Origin: Gemmatimonadota bacterium | GTDB lineage: Bacteria > Gemmatimonadota > Gemmatimonadetes > Gemmatimonadales > GWC2-71-9 | Assembly: GCA_029862925.1 (NCBI GenBank) | Contig: JAOTWJ010000002.1 | Location: 6,025 to 70,024, forward strand | DNA: 64,000 nt | Direction of reading: 5' to 3' | In this document: positions 29,488-38,591 of the stretch, in pieces | Layout: every line of letters begins with the position of its first letter | Numbering within the stretch: position 1 is the stretch's first letter | Translations under genes and position numbers: made by a program | Notes under the pieces: generated by a model | What the model saw: only the letters and a program-made list of their open reading frames with translations | Databases searched by the model: none | Told to the model about the DNA's origin: nothing

Positions 29488-30393
29488 TTAGCGCTCTTCG
29501 CCGTCCAGCGCGGCGTGGACGGTCGCCGCGTGGATCGTGACCGTGTCCGCGATGTCTCGTGCGTAGCCACCACCCATCACCACCGCGACCGGCACGCCGG
29601 CCCGGCGCAGCCCGCCGAGCACGAGCCGATCGCGCGCGGCGAGCCCGGCCATGGTGAGCGCCAGGCGGCCCAGACGATCGTCCACATACGGATCCGCGCC
29701 CGCGACGTACATCGCGAGCTCTGGACGCGTCTCGAGCGCCCGCTCGAGCGCAGGCGCCAGCGCCGCGAGGTAGTCGGCATCGCCCGTGCCGTCGGGCAGC
29801 GGCACATCCACGTCGCTCGGCTCCTTCTCGAAGGGGAAGTTGCGCGCGCCGAACACGTCGAGCGTGAACACCGTCGAGTCGCCGCGGAAGATCGCGGCGG
29901 TCCCGTTGCCCTGGTGCACGTCGCAGTCGATCACCAGCACGCGGCGGGCGACGCCCTCGGCCTGGACCGCGCGAACCGCGACCGCGACGTCGTTGAACAC
30001 GCAGTACCCCTCGCCCCGGTCGGGAAACGCGTGGTGCGTACCCCCCGCCAGGTTCACGCCCAGACCGGCCGCGAGCGCCGAGTGGCACGCCCCGATCGTA
30101 GCGCCCACCGACCGGCGGGATCGCTCGACCAGGGCCGGCGACCACGGGAAGCCGAGCCGTCGCAACACCGTCGTTGGCAGAGTGCCGGACACCACCGCCT
30201 GTACATAGGCGGGCGTGTGCACGCGGTGCAGCTCCGCATCGGTGGCGGCGGCCGGCTCGCGCAGCTCCGACCTGCGGCCGTCCAGGTCCGCCGCGACGCG
30301 GTCCCGCAATACCCTGTATTTCTTGATCGGGAATCGATGCCCGGCGGGCAATGGCACCGGGAACCCGTCCGAGGCAAATACGCCGATCATCAT
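29488..30393 (-). CDS. histone deacetylase-family (arginase-fold) deacetylase
   Basis: GGTHHAFPDRGEGYCVFNDVAVA, VLVIDCDVHQGNGT and YVAGADPY are present. Its stop abuts the antiporter stop. Confidence 0.85.
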   Translation of the reverse strand: MMIGVFASDGFPVPLPAGHRFPIKKYRVLRDRVAADLDGRRSELREPAAATDAELHRVHTPAYVQAVVSGTLPTTVLRRLGFPWSPALVERSRRSVGATIGACHSALAAGLGVNLAGGTHHAFPDRGEGYCVFNDVAVAVRAVQAEGVARRVLVIDCDVHQGNGTAAIFRGDSTVFTLDVFGARNFPFEKEPSDVDVPLPDGTGDADYLAALAPALERALETRPELAMYVAGADPYVDDRLGRLALTMAGLAARDRLVLGGLRRAGVPVAVVMGGGYARDIADTVTIHAATVHAALDGEER

Positions 30394-30431
30394 GGAGATT
30401 CCGCTCCCGTCTCGTGTCGCGCGGCCCCGGG

Positions 30432-30493
30432 GAATGTCCGCACGTCACCCCGATGACGCTAGTGTGACACGGCTCACCATTCGAATGTCCGCA
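30432..30493. repeat. two copies of the 11-mer GAATGTCCGCA, 51 bp apart, in a divergent promoter region
   Basis: The copies are exact, at 30432-30442 and 30483-30493. The inverted motif CGTCA-N6-TGACG lies between them. An AT-rich patch, TTCTTATATTGTAAGG, lies just downstream. Confidence 0.5.
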
Positions 30494-30600
30494 GGCGCAC
30501 TTCGCGGGTTCTTATATTGTAAGGACGAGATTCTCAATGGCCGTCGCCCCACCGGTGCCCCGCGCCGGCCGGCCCGGCCCAGCAAGGAGGAGAAGGCACG

Positions 30601-31629
30601 ATGTTCCGTCAGCTCATCGCAGGCGCGACCCTCGTTGTGGTCGCCGCGGCCTGCAGCGACTCGACGGGTCCCGAGAACTTCAGCGCGACCAAGACAGAAC
30701 AGGTCGCCGCCGCGGTGGTCGGATCCCTCGGCAGCAACACCGCCCTGCAGACGCTGGACATCATCGGCGCGAGCCTGAGCCTCTCGGGCCCGGCCCTGGC
30801 CGCCGCGCCGTTCGCGGCGGCGGAAATGGGCGGCGACGTCAACACCACCGCTCGGCTCCAGTCGCTCGGGCAGGCCGTGCTGAACTTCGGCGCGGCGAGC
30901 CCGCTCGCCATCTTCCCGGCCAACCTGCTGGGCAAGACGTACGTGTACAACCCGCAGACGTCCCAGTACGAGATCGACGACACGCGCACGGGTGCCTCGT
31001 CGGCGGGCGTACGGTTCATCCTGTACGCCGTGGACCCGATCGCGCGGCGGATCGTCACGCCGCTCAACGAGGTGGGCTATCTCGACCTGATCGACGTCTC
31101 GACGCCCAGCGCCGATGCCGTGCAGATCGTCGCCGTGATCGGCACGATCACCTATCTCGACTACACGGCGTCGGCCGTCACCACGACCTCCAGCGGCTCG
31201 CTCAACGCCGCCGGCTACGTCTCCGACGGCACCGACCAGATCGACTTCGATCTGACCTTCACGGTGAGCCAGACGGCCATCACGGCTGATTACATGCTGT
31301 CGTCGGGCGCGGCGTCGGTCCGGCTGCAGGTGAACCTCACGCAGGCCGGTCTCACCTTCGTCCTGACAGTCACAGACGGCAACGAGACCGTGGCCATGAC
31401 CGTGAACGCGGACCAGACTACCGTCGACGGGTCGATTCGTTATAATGGCGACGTCGTGGTGGTCATCACGGGGACTCCGGACAACCCGCAGTTCAGCCGT
31501 CCGGACGGCACCCCACTCACGCAGGAGGAGGCGCTCGCGCTCCGCGCCCTGGGAGATTTCTTTGACGAGATCTTCGACGCCTTCGACAACCTGCTCATCC
31601 CGGCGTTTCTGGTCTTCGTGCTCGGGTAA
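30601..31629 (+). CDS. hypothetical lipoprotein (342 aa) with hydrophobic C-terminal tail
   Basis: An AAGGAGGAG RBS precedes the ATG. The lipobox is VVVAAAC. The protein is T/S/A-rich and beta-strand-like. It ends ..DNLLIPAFLVFVLG*. I recognise no family. Confidence 0.7.
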   Translation: MFRQLIAGATLVVVAAACSDSTGPENFSATKTEQVAAAVVGSLGSNTALQTLDIIGASLSLSGPALAAAPFAAAEMGGDVNTTARLQSLGQAVLNFGAASPLAIFPANLLGKTYVYNPQTSQYEIDDTRTGASSAGVRFILYAVDPIARRIVTPLNEVGYLDLIDVSTPSADAVQIVAVIGTITYLDYTASAVTTTSSGSLNAAGYVSDGTDQIDFDLTFTVSQTAITADYMLSSGAASVRLQVNLTQAGLTFVLTVTDGNETVAMTVNADQTTVDGSIRYNGDVVVVITGTPDNPQFSRPDGTPLTQEEALALRALGDFFDEIFDAFDNLLIPAFLVFVLG

Positions 31630-31645
31630 GCGGACCGGTTTCCTC

Positions 31646-32431
31646 GTGACGTGCCTGGCCGGCGCGCTCGCCCCTCTCACGGGGTGCGGCGCGCCGGCCT
31701 CGACGTTTGAGCCCATCTTTCTCCAGGGCCGGGCGGTCGAGCCGGACGGGGATTCCCTCGTCGCGGTGACGGCGCGCGCCATCGGCGCGATCGTGCGCTA
31801 CGATCGCCGCGGGCGCGTGCGCGACACCCTCGGCCTCGGCGCGCTCCGGAACCCGGACCACGTCCAGCTCATGGGCGACACGTGGTACGTGTCCGACGTG
31901 GAGAACGGCCGCCCGATCGTCGTCCTGCTGGGGCGCGACGGCGCGCTGCGCCGCACGCTGCCGCTCGCGGGCATCGCCGCGACCACCCATCAGTTCGCCG
32001 TCCTGCCCGACGGCGGGATCGTGGTCGAGGGCGAGGACGGGCGGCTGCTCACGCTGCGCGGAGACAGCATCACGACGTTCGCGGTCGTCGAGGTCGGCCA
32101 GCGCCCCAGCCTCCTGCTGGGCGCCGGCGGCGGCGTGCTGCACGCCATCCCCGACCTCAGCATCACGCTCTACAACGGCTTCGGGAACATCCGCTGGCGC
32201 GTCGAGTGGCCCTGGGTGGTCACCGCCTTCGTGAGCGACGTCAGCGAGGACAGCCGCGGCCGGGTCCATGTGCTGGTTGGTAACCCCGGCGACAACACGT
32301 TCACGGCGCAAACCCTGACACCGGCCACGGGCGAGGTGATCCGCTGGTCGGTCCCGACGGACGTGGGGTCGTTCGTGGTGGATCGCTTGGGCGAGGTTCT
32401 GCCGGCCGGAGCCCGATGGGGCGGGAAATGA
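31646..32431 (+). CDS. hypothetical lipoprotein, beta-propeller-like (261 aa)
   Basis: The GTG at 31646 gives the lipobox LAPLTGC, 16 nt after the previous stop. Repeated D/G-rich strand patterns occur (LPDGGIVVEGEDGRLL, DSRGRVHVLVG). The start is uncertain. Confidence 0.6.
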   Translation: MTCLAGALAPLTGCGAPASTFEPIFLQGRAVEPDGDSLVAVTARAIGAIVRYDRRGRVRDTLGLGALRNPDHVQLMGDTWYVSDVENGRPIVVLLGRDGALRRTLPLAGIAATTHQFAVLPDGGIVVEGEDGRLLTLRGDSITTFAVVEVGQRPSLLLGAGGGVLHAIPDLSITLYNGFGNIRWRVEWPWVVTAFVSDVSEDSRGRVHVLVGNPGDNTFTAQTLTPATGEVIRWSVPTDVGSFVVDRLGEVLPAGARWGGK

Positions 32432-32437
32432 GGGGTC

Positions 32438-32478
32438 GTGAGACGTGAAACGGCGCCCGTTGTCGTTTCACGTTTCAC
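32438..32478. terminator. bidirectional terminator-like hairpin (15-bp stem, 11-nt loop)
   Basis: Positions 32438-32452 pair with 32464-32478, including one G-T wobble. The core is ACGTGAAACG / CGTTTCACGT. It fills the 48-nt gap between the convergent stops at 32431 and 32480. Confidence 0.55.
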
Positions 32479-32479
32479 A

Positions 32480-33559
32480 TCAGTATTTCAGCGCCGCCGC
32501 GTCCGCGAACTGCTTGAGCAGCGTCTCCTGCTCCGGCGTGAGCACCTCGGGGATTTTCACCGCAACCTCCACGTACTGATCCCCGCGCTGGCCGTTGCGG
32601 TCGATGCCCAAGCCCTTGATGCGAAACCGGCGGCCGGGCTGCGTGCCGGGCGGGATCCGCAGCACGACCCGTTTGCCTTCCACGGTGCGCACGCGTACCC
32701 GCGTGCCGAACGCGGCCTGCGCGAGATTGATCGGGACCGTGCAGTGAAGGTCGTTGCCCTCCCGTCGGAGGAACGCGTCGGGCTCGACCGTGAGCGTCAC
32801 GAGCACGTCGCCCACGGTCCCGCTGCCGCCGCGCTGCCCCTGCCCCTTGATGCGCAGCCGGTGGCCCGTGTCGATCCCGGCCGGCACGTTGACCATGATT
32901 CGGCGCTCGACCGCCACCTCCCCCTGCCCCGCACAGCGGCCGCACGCCTCGCTCGCCACGCGCCCGCGGGCGCGGCAGGCGGGACACGGCCGCTTCACCG
33001 CGAAGGCGCCCTGCCCGAAGGTGACCTCGCCCCGCCCCTGACACTCGGAACAGATCGTTACCTTGGCGCCCGGCGCCGCGCCGGAGCCGCCGCACACCGG
33101 GCAGGCTTCGGTGACGGGAATCGTGATGGGGACCTTGCCGCCGAGGGCCGCCACCCGGAACGGGACGGTCGCGGCCACCTCGATCGTCGCCGCCTCTTCC
33201 GCCCGCCGCCCTCGCCCGAAGATGGACGAGAACAGATCACCCAGCCCGCCGAACGCGTCGAACCCGCGCGTGAAATCGAACTCCTCGCCGCGCGGCCGGG
33301 CCGGCCCCGAGCCGCGCGATCCGACCCCCGCGAAGGCGCCGTATTTCCGCATGAGGTCGTACTGCTTGCGCTTCTCGGGGTCGCTCAGCACCGCGTGCGC
33401 TTCGGAGATCTCCTTGAAGCGCTCCGCGGCGGACGGATTGCCGGGGTTGGCATCGGGGTGGTACTTCTTGGCCAGCCGCCGGTATGCCTTCTTGATCTCG
33501 TCGGCCCCGGCCTTGTCGGCCACGCCCAGTACGCGGTAGTAATCCTTCGAGGGAGGCAT
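32480..33559 (-). CDS. dnaJ: molecular chaperone DnaJ
   Basis: The J domain is [18 protein letters not shown]-rich linker follows. Four CxxCxGxG zinc motifs are present ([32 protein letters not shown]). The ATG at 33559 lies 1 nt after the grpE stop. Confidence 0.9.
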   Translation of the reverse strand: MPPSKDYYRVLGVADKAGADEIKKAYRRLAKKYHPDANPGNPSAAERFKEISEAHAVLSDPEKRKQYDLMRKYGAFAGVGSRGSGPARPRGEEFDFTRGFDAFGGLGDLFSSIFGRGRRAEEAATIEVAATVPFRVAALGGKVPITIPVTEACPVCGGSGAAPGAKVTICSECQGRGEVTFGQGAFAVKRPCPACRARGRVASEACGRCAGQGEVAVERRIMVNVPAGIDTGHRLRIKGQGQRGGSGTVGDVLVTLTVEPDAFLRREGNDLHCTVPINLAQAAFGTRVRVRTVEGKRVVLRIPPGTQPGRRFRIKGLGIDRNGQRGDQYVEVAVKIPEVLTPEQETLLKQFADAAALKY

Positions 33560-33560
33560 G

Positions 33561-34178
33561 CTAGGACTCGCCGGCGGCGGCGTCCTCCGCGTCCGGCGCC
33601 GACCAGATTCTGACCTGCACCCGGGCGGGGCGCAGCAGCTGGCCGCCGAATCGGTAGCCGACCTGCAGGATCGTGGCGACCGTGTGATCGTCCTCCGGGC
33701 GCGCCGCCGGGACGGCGCCGATCGCCTCATGCTGCTCGGGATCGAACGGCACCCCTGGCTCCGCCACGCGCTCGAGGCCCGCGGCCTCCAGCTGCTTCAG
33801 CACCTTGCGCTCCACCAGCTCGACGCCCGCGATCACGTCGCGCACCGCCGACGTGGCGGGATCCAGATCCGCCACCCGGCCGAGGTCGTCGAGCTCGTCC
33901 ACCAGCCCGGCCACCAGGTCCGCCTGCGCGCGGGCGCGCAGCTCGAGGCGTTCCCGGGCGGTCCGCCTCCGGAAATTGTCATATTCAGCGGCGAGGCGCA
34001 GATGCCGGTCCTTGAGCGCGTCGAGCTCGGCCGCCAGCGCCGCGGCCTCGTCCGTCCCGGTGTCCGTCGCCGGCTCCGCCGGCCGCTCGGGCTCCGCCAC
34101 CACGCCCTCGGGGATCTCGTCGGGGGCGCCGGGCTCGAACGCCTCCGGCAGCTCTGGTGCGTCGTGTCGCTTGGCCAT
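33561..34178 (-). CDS. grpE: nucleotide exchange factor GrpE
   Basis: [25 protein letters not shown] and [14 protein letters not shown] are present. Confidence 0.9.
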   Translation of the reverse strand: MAKRHDAPELPEAFEPGAPDEIPEGVVAEPERPAEPATDTGTDEAAALAAELDALKDRHLRLAAEYDNFRRRTARERLELRARAQADLVAGLVDELDDLGRVADLDPATSAVRDVIAGVELVERKVLKQLEAAGLERVAEPGVPFDPEQHEAIGAVPAARPEDDHTVATILQVGYRFGGQLLRPARVQVRIWSAPDAEDAAAGES

Positions 34179-34236
34179 GATATCGTGCTTGCTCCTACGC
34201 GGGCCGCCGCCCGCCGGTTACACCGGACGTTCCAAT

Positions 34237-35499
34237 TTAACGCGGGCGATCGCGCGAGGCGCTCAGCACCCGTCGCAGGAGATCGAGGGCGGCCTGGGCC
34301 GCGCGGGCGCGGATTTCGTGCCGGTCGCCGGGGAGCCCGACGCACACGGCATGTACCCGATCGGCGCACATGGCTGCAAGCCACACTTGGCCGACCGGTT
34401 TCTCCGGCGTGCCCCCCGTCGGACCGGCAATGCCCGAGACGGCCACGGTCGCGGTCGCGCCGAACCGGGCACCCACCCCCGTCGCCATGGCCCGCACGGT
34501 CGCCTCGCTGACAGCCCCGTGCGCCGCCAAAATGGCGTCCGACACGCCGAGCTGCGCCGTCTTGATGGCGTCGGCATACGCCACCACACCGCCGACGAAG
34601 GTCGCCGAGGCTCCCGGCACGGCCGTGAGACGGCCGGCCACGAGCCCACCGGTGCACGATTCCGCCGCGGCAAGACGGACGCCCGCCGCCTGCGCCAACT
34701 CGAGCACCACCGCGGCGAGGTCCGTCTCCTCCTCGCCGTAGCACCATTCGCCGGTGGCGGCCCGCAGCAGGTCGACGCCCTGCCCGAGCACGGCGTCCGC
34801 CTCGGCCGCCGGCCGGCCCCAGACCGTGAGCCGCAGATCCACCCCGTCAAACGAGGGGAGGTACGCGAGGGTCGCCGGGCGCAGGGTCGCTTCCAGCGAA
34901 CCGAGCCGATCCGCGAGCGCCGATTCCGCCACCCCGGTCGTGCGCACCACCCGCGAGCGCGTGACGTCGACCCGGCCGGCTCGCGCGGCGAGGCGGGGAG
35001 CCACCTGCTCCACGAGCAGCCCGCGCATCTCGTGCGGCACGCCCGGGAGCATGACCACCGTGCCGGCCGGGCTCTCGAGCCAGATGCCCGGCGCGGTGCC
35101 GCGCGGATTCGGAAGGAGCGTCGCTCCCGCCGGGTGTTGCGCCTGAGTCCGGTTGGCCGCCGGCATCGGGCCCGCCCGCCCCAGCTGCCGCCAGCGCTGC
35201 TCGAGCCGCTCCAGGTAGGCGGTGTCGGTCTCGAGCCCGACGCCCACCACGTCGGCCACCGCCCGCTTGGTGACGTCATCGCGCGTCGGCCCGAGTCCGC
35301 CGGTCGTGATCACGAATCCGCTTCGCGCGAGCGCCGCGCGCACGGCGTCGGCGATGGCCGTCGCGTCGTCCGCCACGGCCGTCCGCCGCTGCACGCGGGC
35401 GCCCAGCGCGGCGAGCGTCCGCCCCAAGTCGGCGGCATTGGTGTCGATCGTGTGCCCGAGCAGCAGCTCGGTACCGATCGTCACCAGCTCAAGGTCCAT
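34237..35499 (-). CDS. cinA: CinA-family protein (MoCF-binding domain + nicotinamide-nucleotide amidase domain)
   Basis: The N-terminus is ELVTIGTELLLGHTIDTN..VITTGGLGPTRDD. The C-terminal part is AESCTGGL..GGVVAY..VSGIAGP. Confidence 0.9.
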   Translation of the reverse strand: MDLELVTIGTELLLGHTIDTNAADLGRTLAALGARVQRRTAVADDATAIADAVRAALARSGFVITTGGLGPTRDDVTKRAVADVVGVGLETDTAYLERLEQRWRQLGRAGPMPAANRTQAQHPAGATLLPNPRGTAPGIWLESPAGTVVMLPGVPHEMRGLLVEQVAPRLAARAGRVDVTRSRVVRTTGVAESALADRLGSLEATLRPATLAYLPSFDGVDLRLTVWGRPAAEADAVLGQGVDLLRAATGEWCYGEEETDLAAVVLELAQAAGVRLAAAESCTGGLVAGRLTAVPGASATFVGGVVAYADAIKTAQLGVSDAILAAHGAVSEATVRAMATGVGARFGATATVAVSGIAGPTGGTPEKPVGQVWLAAMCADRVHAVCVGLPGDRHEIRARAAQAALDLLRRVLSASRDRPR

Positions 35500-36145
35500 C
35501 GCCTCGGGACGCCGACGCGCGGAACAGATCGCGGTAACGGTAGAGGTAGAGCGCGAGAGAGAGGAGCGTGATGACGACGGCGATGGCGAGCGTCACGGCC
35601 ACCACCGCTCCGTGGAACTGCTCCCACATCGCTCCGAGCCAGCCGCGACGCCAGCCGCGCACCGTCGCGAGGTCCTTCCAGGCGAACCAGAGAATGGTGG
35701 CCCCGATGAAAACGTCCTGCACGATCGTCTTGAGCTTGCCGGCCCGCTGGGCCGCGATCACCACCCCGCGCCGCTTCCCCCACCAGCGGAAGCCGGTCAT
35801 GAACGCCTCGCGCCCCAGCAGCAGCACGAGCACCCACACCGGGAGGTTGCCCCACCAGGGGATGGCGTATTCGCGCCAGCTGTAGCGGGTGATCCAGTAG
35901 ATCGGGATCAGGGTGGCGACGAGCAGCAGCTTGTCGGCCAGCGGGTCGAGCAGCGTGCCCAAGTCGGTCACCTGATCCCGCCGGCGCGCGAGGCGGCCGT
36001 CGTAGATGTCGCTGATCGCCGCCGCGAGGAACACCAGAAACGCGATGAACTTGGGAACCCACCCCTGGATGAACGGCAGCAGCGCGATGACCGGCGTCAG
36101 CGCGATCCGGGCGAGCGTCAGGATGTTCGGCAGCGTCCAGAGCAC
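35489..36145 (-). CDS. pgsA: CDP-diacylglycerol--glycerol-3-phosphate 3-phosphatidyltransferase
   Basis: The CDP-alcohol phosphatidyltransferase motif SDIYDGRLARRRDQVTDLGTLLDPLADK is present. The start is GTG. The 3' end overlaps the cinA start by 11 nt. Confidence 0.85.
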   Translation of the reverse strand: MLWTLPNILTLARIALTPVIALLPFIQGWVPKFIAFLVFLAAAISDIYDGRLARRRDQVTDLGTLLDPLADKLLLVATLIPIYWITRYSWREYAIPWWGNLPVWVLVLLLGREAFMTGFRWWGKRRGVVIAAQRAGKLKTIVQDVFIGATILWFAWKDLATVRGWRRGWLGAMWEQFHGAVVAVTLAIAVVITLLSLALYLYRYRDLFRASASRGDGP

Positions 36146-36154
36146 CGCCGCCCC

Positions 36155-36829
36155 TCAGCTGAGGGTCTTGAGCACCAGCTTCGCCACCGCTTTCAGGGTG
36201 TCGAAGACGCCCTCGCCGCTGATGGCGACTGATTCGAAGTACGGCGCCCGCTCGATCCAGGTGCCGTCGAGCTGATACACCAGTTGGTCGCCGGGATGAT
36301 ACGGATCCGCGGTTTCGCGCTGCCGTACGGGATCGTCAACCGGCCAGCCGGGATTGAGCGCGGCCTGCAGGTCCTTGACCGGAGCGGCGTTGGGGAGGTC
36401 GCGCTTGTTGTACTGCACGGCGAACGGGAGCCGCGTCAGGTCATAGCCGTACTGGGCCATGTTGTCGTACAGGTTCTGCATCGACTCGATGTTCGCCTCC
36501 ATGCGCTCGACCTGGCTGTCGGCGACGAACACGATCCCGTCCACGCCCTTGAGGATCAACTTGCGCGACGCGTTGTAGTACACCTGCCCCGGCACGGTAT
36601 ACAGGTGGAACCGGGTCTTGAACCCGCGCACGGTGCCCAGGTCCACCGGCAGGAAGTCGAAGAACAGCGTCCGCTCGGTCTCGGTCGCGAGCGACACCAT
36701 CTTCCCGCGGGTATCCGGCGCGACCTTGCTGTAGATGTGCTCGAGGTTGGTTGTCTTCCCGCCGAGCCCCGGCCCGTAATAGACCAACTTGCAGTTGATC
36801 TCGCGGGAAGCGTAGTTGATCATCGACAT
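36155..36829 (-). CDS. mglA: Ras-like small GTPase MglA (with an internal insertion)
   Basis: [28 protein letters not shown] (P-loop), [12 protein letters not shown] and QYNKRD are present, and the C-terminus is [14 protein letters not shown]. It is 224 aa long. Confidence 0.9.
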   Translation of the reverse strand: MSMINYASREINCKLVYYGPGLGGKTTNLEHIYSKVAPDTRGKMVSLATETERTLFFDFLPVDLGTVRGFKTRFHLYTVPGQVYYNASRKLILKGVDGIVFVADSQVERMEANIESMQNLYDNMAQYGYDLTRLPFAVQYNKRDLPNAAPVKDLQAALNPGWPVDDPVRQRETADPYHPGDQLVYQLDGTWIERAPYFESVAISGEGVFDTLKAVAKLVLKTLS

Positions 36830-36847
36830 GCGCGCTCGAGCCTCGTC

Positions 36848-37336
36848 TCAGTCCCCAAAGAGCTTGTCGATCTCATCGTCGGCGCCCTCGAGCAGGGGCC
36901 GCCGCGCCTGTCCCGGCTGGGTGGCGCGCTTGAACACCTCGTCGAACAGACGGGCGAGATCTCCCACGGTTTGCTTCACGCGCAGCCGCACGAGCCCGAC
37001 GGTGGTACGCTGATCGAACAGCACGACCAGGATCACCCGGCGCCCGATGTCGGCCAGGTACATCGACTCTTTTTCGCCCTGATGGAAGAGGGAGGCGAAC
37101 TCCGGCTCGCCGATCATTTTGGCGAGCTGATCGTTGGCGCTGAAATCGGCCGCCGTCAGTGACGCGAACGCCGTGGGGTCGAACTGGAGCTCCTCGCCGG
37201 CATTGGCGAGGAGCTGGCCGGTGCGGTCCACCAACAGGGCGCACCGGGCGTTCGACTCCCGCAGCAGGTCCTGCAGGTGCTCGGTCAGGCGGACGTAATC
37301 ACCTTCCCCGAGCGACCAGGTGGCGGCACCAGTCAT
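36848..37336 (-). CDS. mglB: MglB (Roadblock/LC7 domain GTPase-activating partner)
   Basis: It sits 18 nt upstream of mglA. The Roadblock/LC7-like pattern is ARCALLVDRTGQLLA..ASLTAADFSAN..GRRVILVVLFD. Confidence 0.8.
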   Translation of the reverse strand: MTGAATWSLGEGDYVRLTEHLQDLLRESNARCALLVDRTGQLLANAGEELQFDPTAFASLTAADFSANDQLAKMIGEPEFASLFHQGEKESMYLADIGRRVILVVLFDQRTTVGLVRLRVKQTVGDLARLFDEVFKRATQPGQARRPLLEGADDEIDKLFGD

Positions 37337-37348
37337 CGCCCCCCCGCG

Positions 37349-37618
37349 TCAGGCGAGTTTGGTTTCCATGCGCCGCGCGATCGTCTCCGCGCGCCGCCGC
37401 AGCATCGGCTGCTGTTCCCACGCAATGTAGTCGCGCAGGAGGCGGACGGTCTCGACACTGGGATGCGCGCTGAGATAGCCGAGCGCGGACAGCCGCTTGA
37501 GCGGCCGGCCGCTGAACAGCGCGCGTCGGTATCGGTTGATGGACTGCTGCGCCAGGACGACGCCGACGACCACCCCCAGGCCGAGTGCCGTCAGCAGCAC
37601 CTTGAGCCGCGTGCTCAT
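37349..37618 (-). CDS. small single-pass membrane protein (89 aa)
   Basis: The ATG forms an ATGA overlap with the recR stop. The TM segment is VLLTALGLGVVVGVVLA. GC3 is high. The gene ends 12 nt before mglB. Confidence 0.55.
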   Translation of the reverse strand: MSTRLKVLLTALGLGVVVGVVLAQQSINRYRRALFSGRPLKRLSALGYLSAHPSVETVRLLRDYIAWEQQPMLRRRAETIARRMETKLA

Positions 37619-38214
37619 CCCTCCCCCATCTCGCGCCGCGCGGCCAGCGCGCGCGCGATCGTCACCCCATCCGCATACTCCAGCTCGCCTCCCATGGGCA
37701 GGCCGAGCGCGATCCGCGTGACCCGCACACCGGTCGCCGCCAGCACGCCCCGGACGAAGGTCGCCGTCACCTCGCCCTCCATCGAGGGATTCGTGGCGAG
37801 GATCACTTCCCGCACGTGCGACCCGTTGCCGAGGCGGGACCGCAGCGCGTCGACCCGCAGATCGTCCGGTCCCACGCCGTCGAGCGGCGACAGTCGCCCG
37901 CCCAGCACATGGTACAAGCCGCGGTAGGCACCGGTCCGCTCAATCGGTCCGATGTCCGAGGCTTCCTCGACCACGCAGACGACCGATCCGTCCCGCCGTG
38001 GGTCCGCGCAGATCGGGCACGGCTCCACCTCGCTCAGGTTGCCGCAGACCGTGCACGGGTGCACGCGCTCGCCGACCGCCCGAATCGTCTCCGCCAGGCG
38101 CGTCACGGTGGCCGCCGGTTGCTTGAGCAAGTGGTACGTCAGGCGCGTCGCGGTCTTCCGGCCGATGCCCGGGAGCTTTGCGAGCTCCGCCGTGAGCTCC
38201 TCGATGACCGACAC
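37615..38214 (-). CDS. recR: recombination protein RecR
   Basis: LPGIGRKTATRL (HhH), the zinc finger CTVCGNLSEVEPCPIC and the Toprim part VCVVEEASD..VILATNPSMEGE are present. The start is GTG. Confidence 0.9.
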   Translation of the reverse strand: MSVIEELTAELAKLPGIGRKTATRLTYHLLKQPAATVTRLAETIRAVGERVHPCTVCGNLSEVEPCPICADPRRDGSVVCVVEEASDIGPIERTGAYRGLYHVLGGRLSPLDGVGPDDLRVDALRSRLGNGSHVREVILATNPSMEGEVTATFVRGVLAATGVRVTRIALGLPMGGELEYADGVTIARALAARREMGEG

Positions 38215-38220
38215 GCCGAC

Positions 38221-38538
38221 CTAGAGCGGGAACTGGAAGGGGAGCGGCAACCCTCCGGTCGCCTTGCGCAGCTCTTCGCGATACGATTCTTCCGCCCGCC
38301 GCTGCGCATCGGCAACGGCGGCCAGCACCAGATCCTCGAGCATCTCCACGTCACCATCGGCGGTCGCGGCCGGATCGATCCGCACGGCCCGCACGTGCCC
38401 GCGGCCGTCCACGGTCACCGTCACGAGCCCGCCACCCGCCGACCCGGTGATGGTGCGCTGGAGCAACTCGGTCTGCATCTGCGACAGCCGGCCCTGCATC
38501 TGCTGTCCGAGCTGCAACAACTGCGAGAAATCCGCCAT
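38221..38538 (-). CDS. ybaB: YbaB/EbfC-family nucleoid-associated protein
   Basis: The ATG at 38538 follows an AAGGGG RBS. GGGLVTVTVDGRGHVRAVRIDP..DVEMLEDLVLAAVADA is present. Confidence 0.85.
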   Translation of the reverse strand: MADFSQLLQLGQQMQGRLSQMQTELLQRTITGSAGGGLVTVTVDGRGHVRAVRIDPAATADGDVEMLEDLVLAAVADAQRRAEESYREELRKATGGLPLPFQFPL

Positions 38539-38591
38539 AGGCCCCTTGAAACCCTCGTGCAAGCTACCGCCCTCCCCGGGGACCCCGCAAG

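Noticed and set aside
24869-29540. Long ORFs 24869-26485 (+), 24918-26969 (-), 26784-29540 (+) and 27382-29289 (-), overlapping the S9 peptidase and the CPA2 antiporter.
   Set aside because: They are antisense or off-frame shadows. The recognisable GxSxG peptidase and the multi-TM antiporter frames explain the region.
34179-34236. The region upstream of grpE, checked for a CIRCE element (TTAGCACTC-N9-GAGTGCTAA) or a sigma32-type promoter.
   Set aside because: Neither is present. The only lower-GC feature is TTAAATTGGAAC, which is not enough to call.
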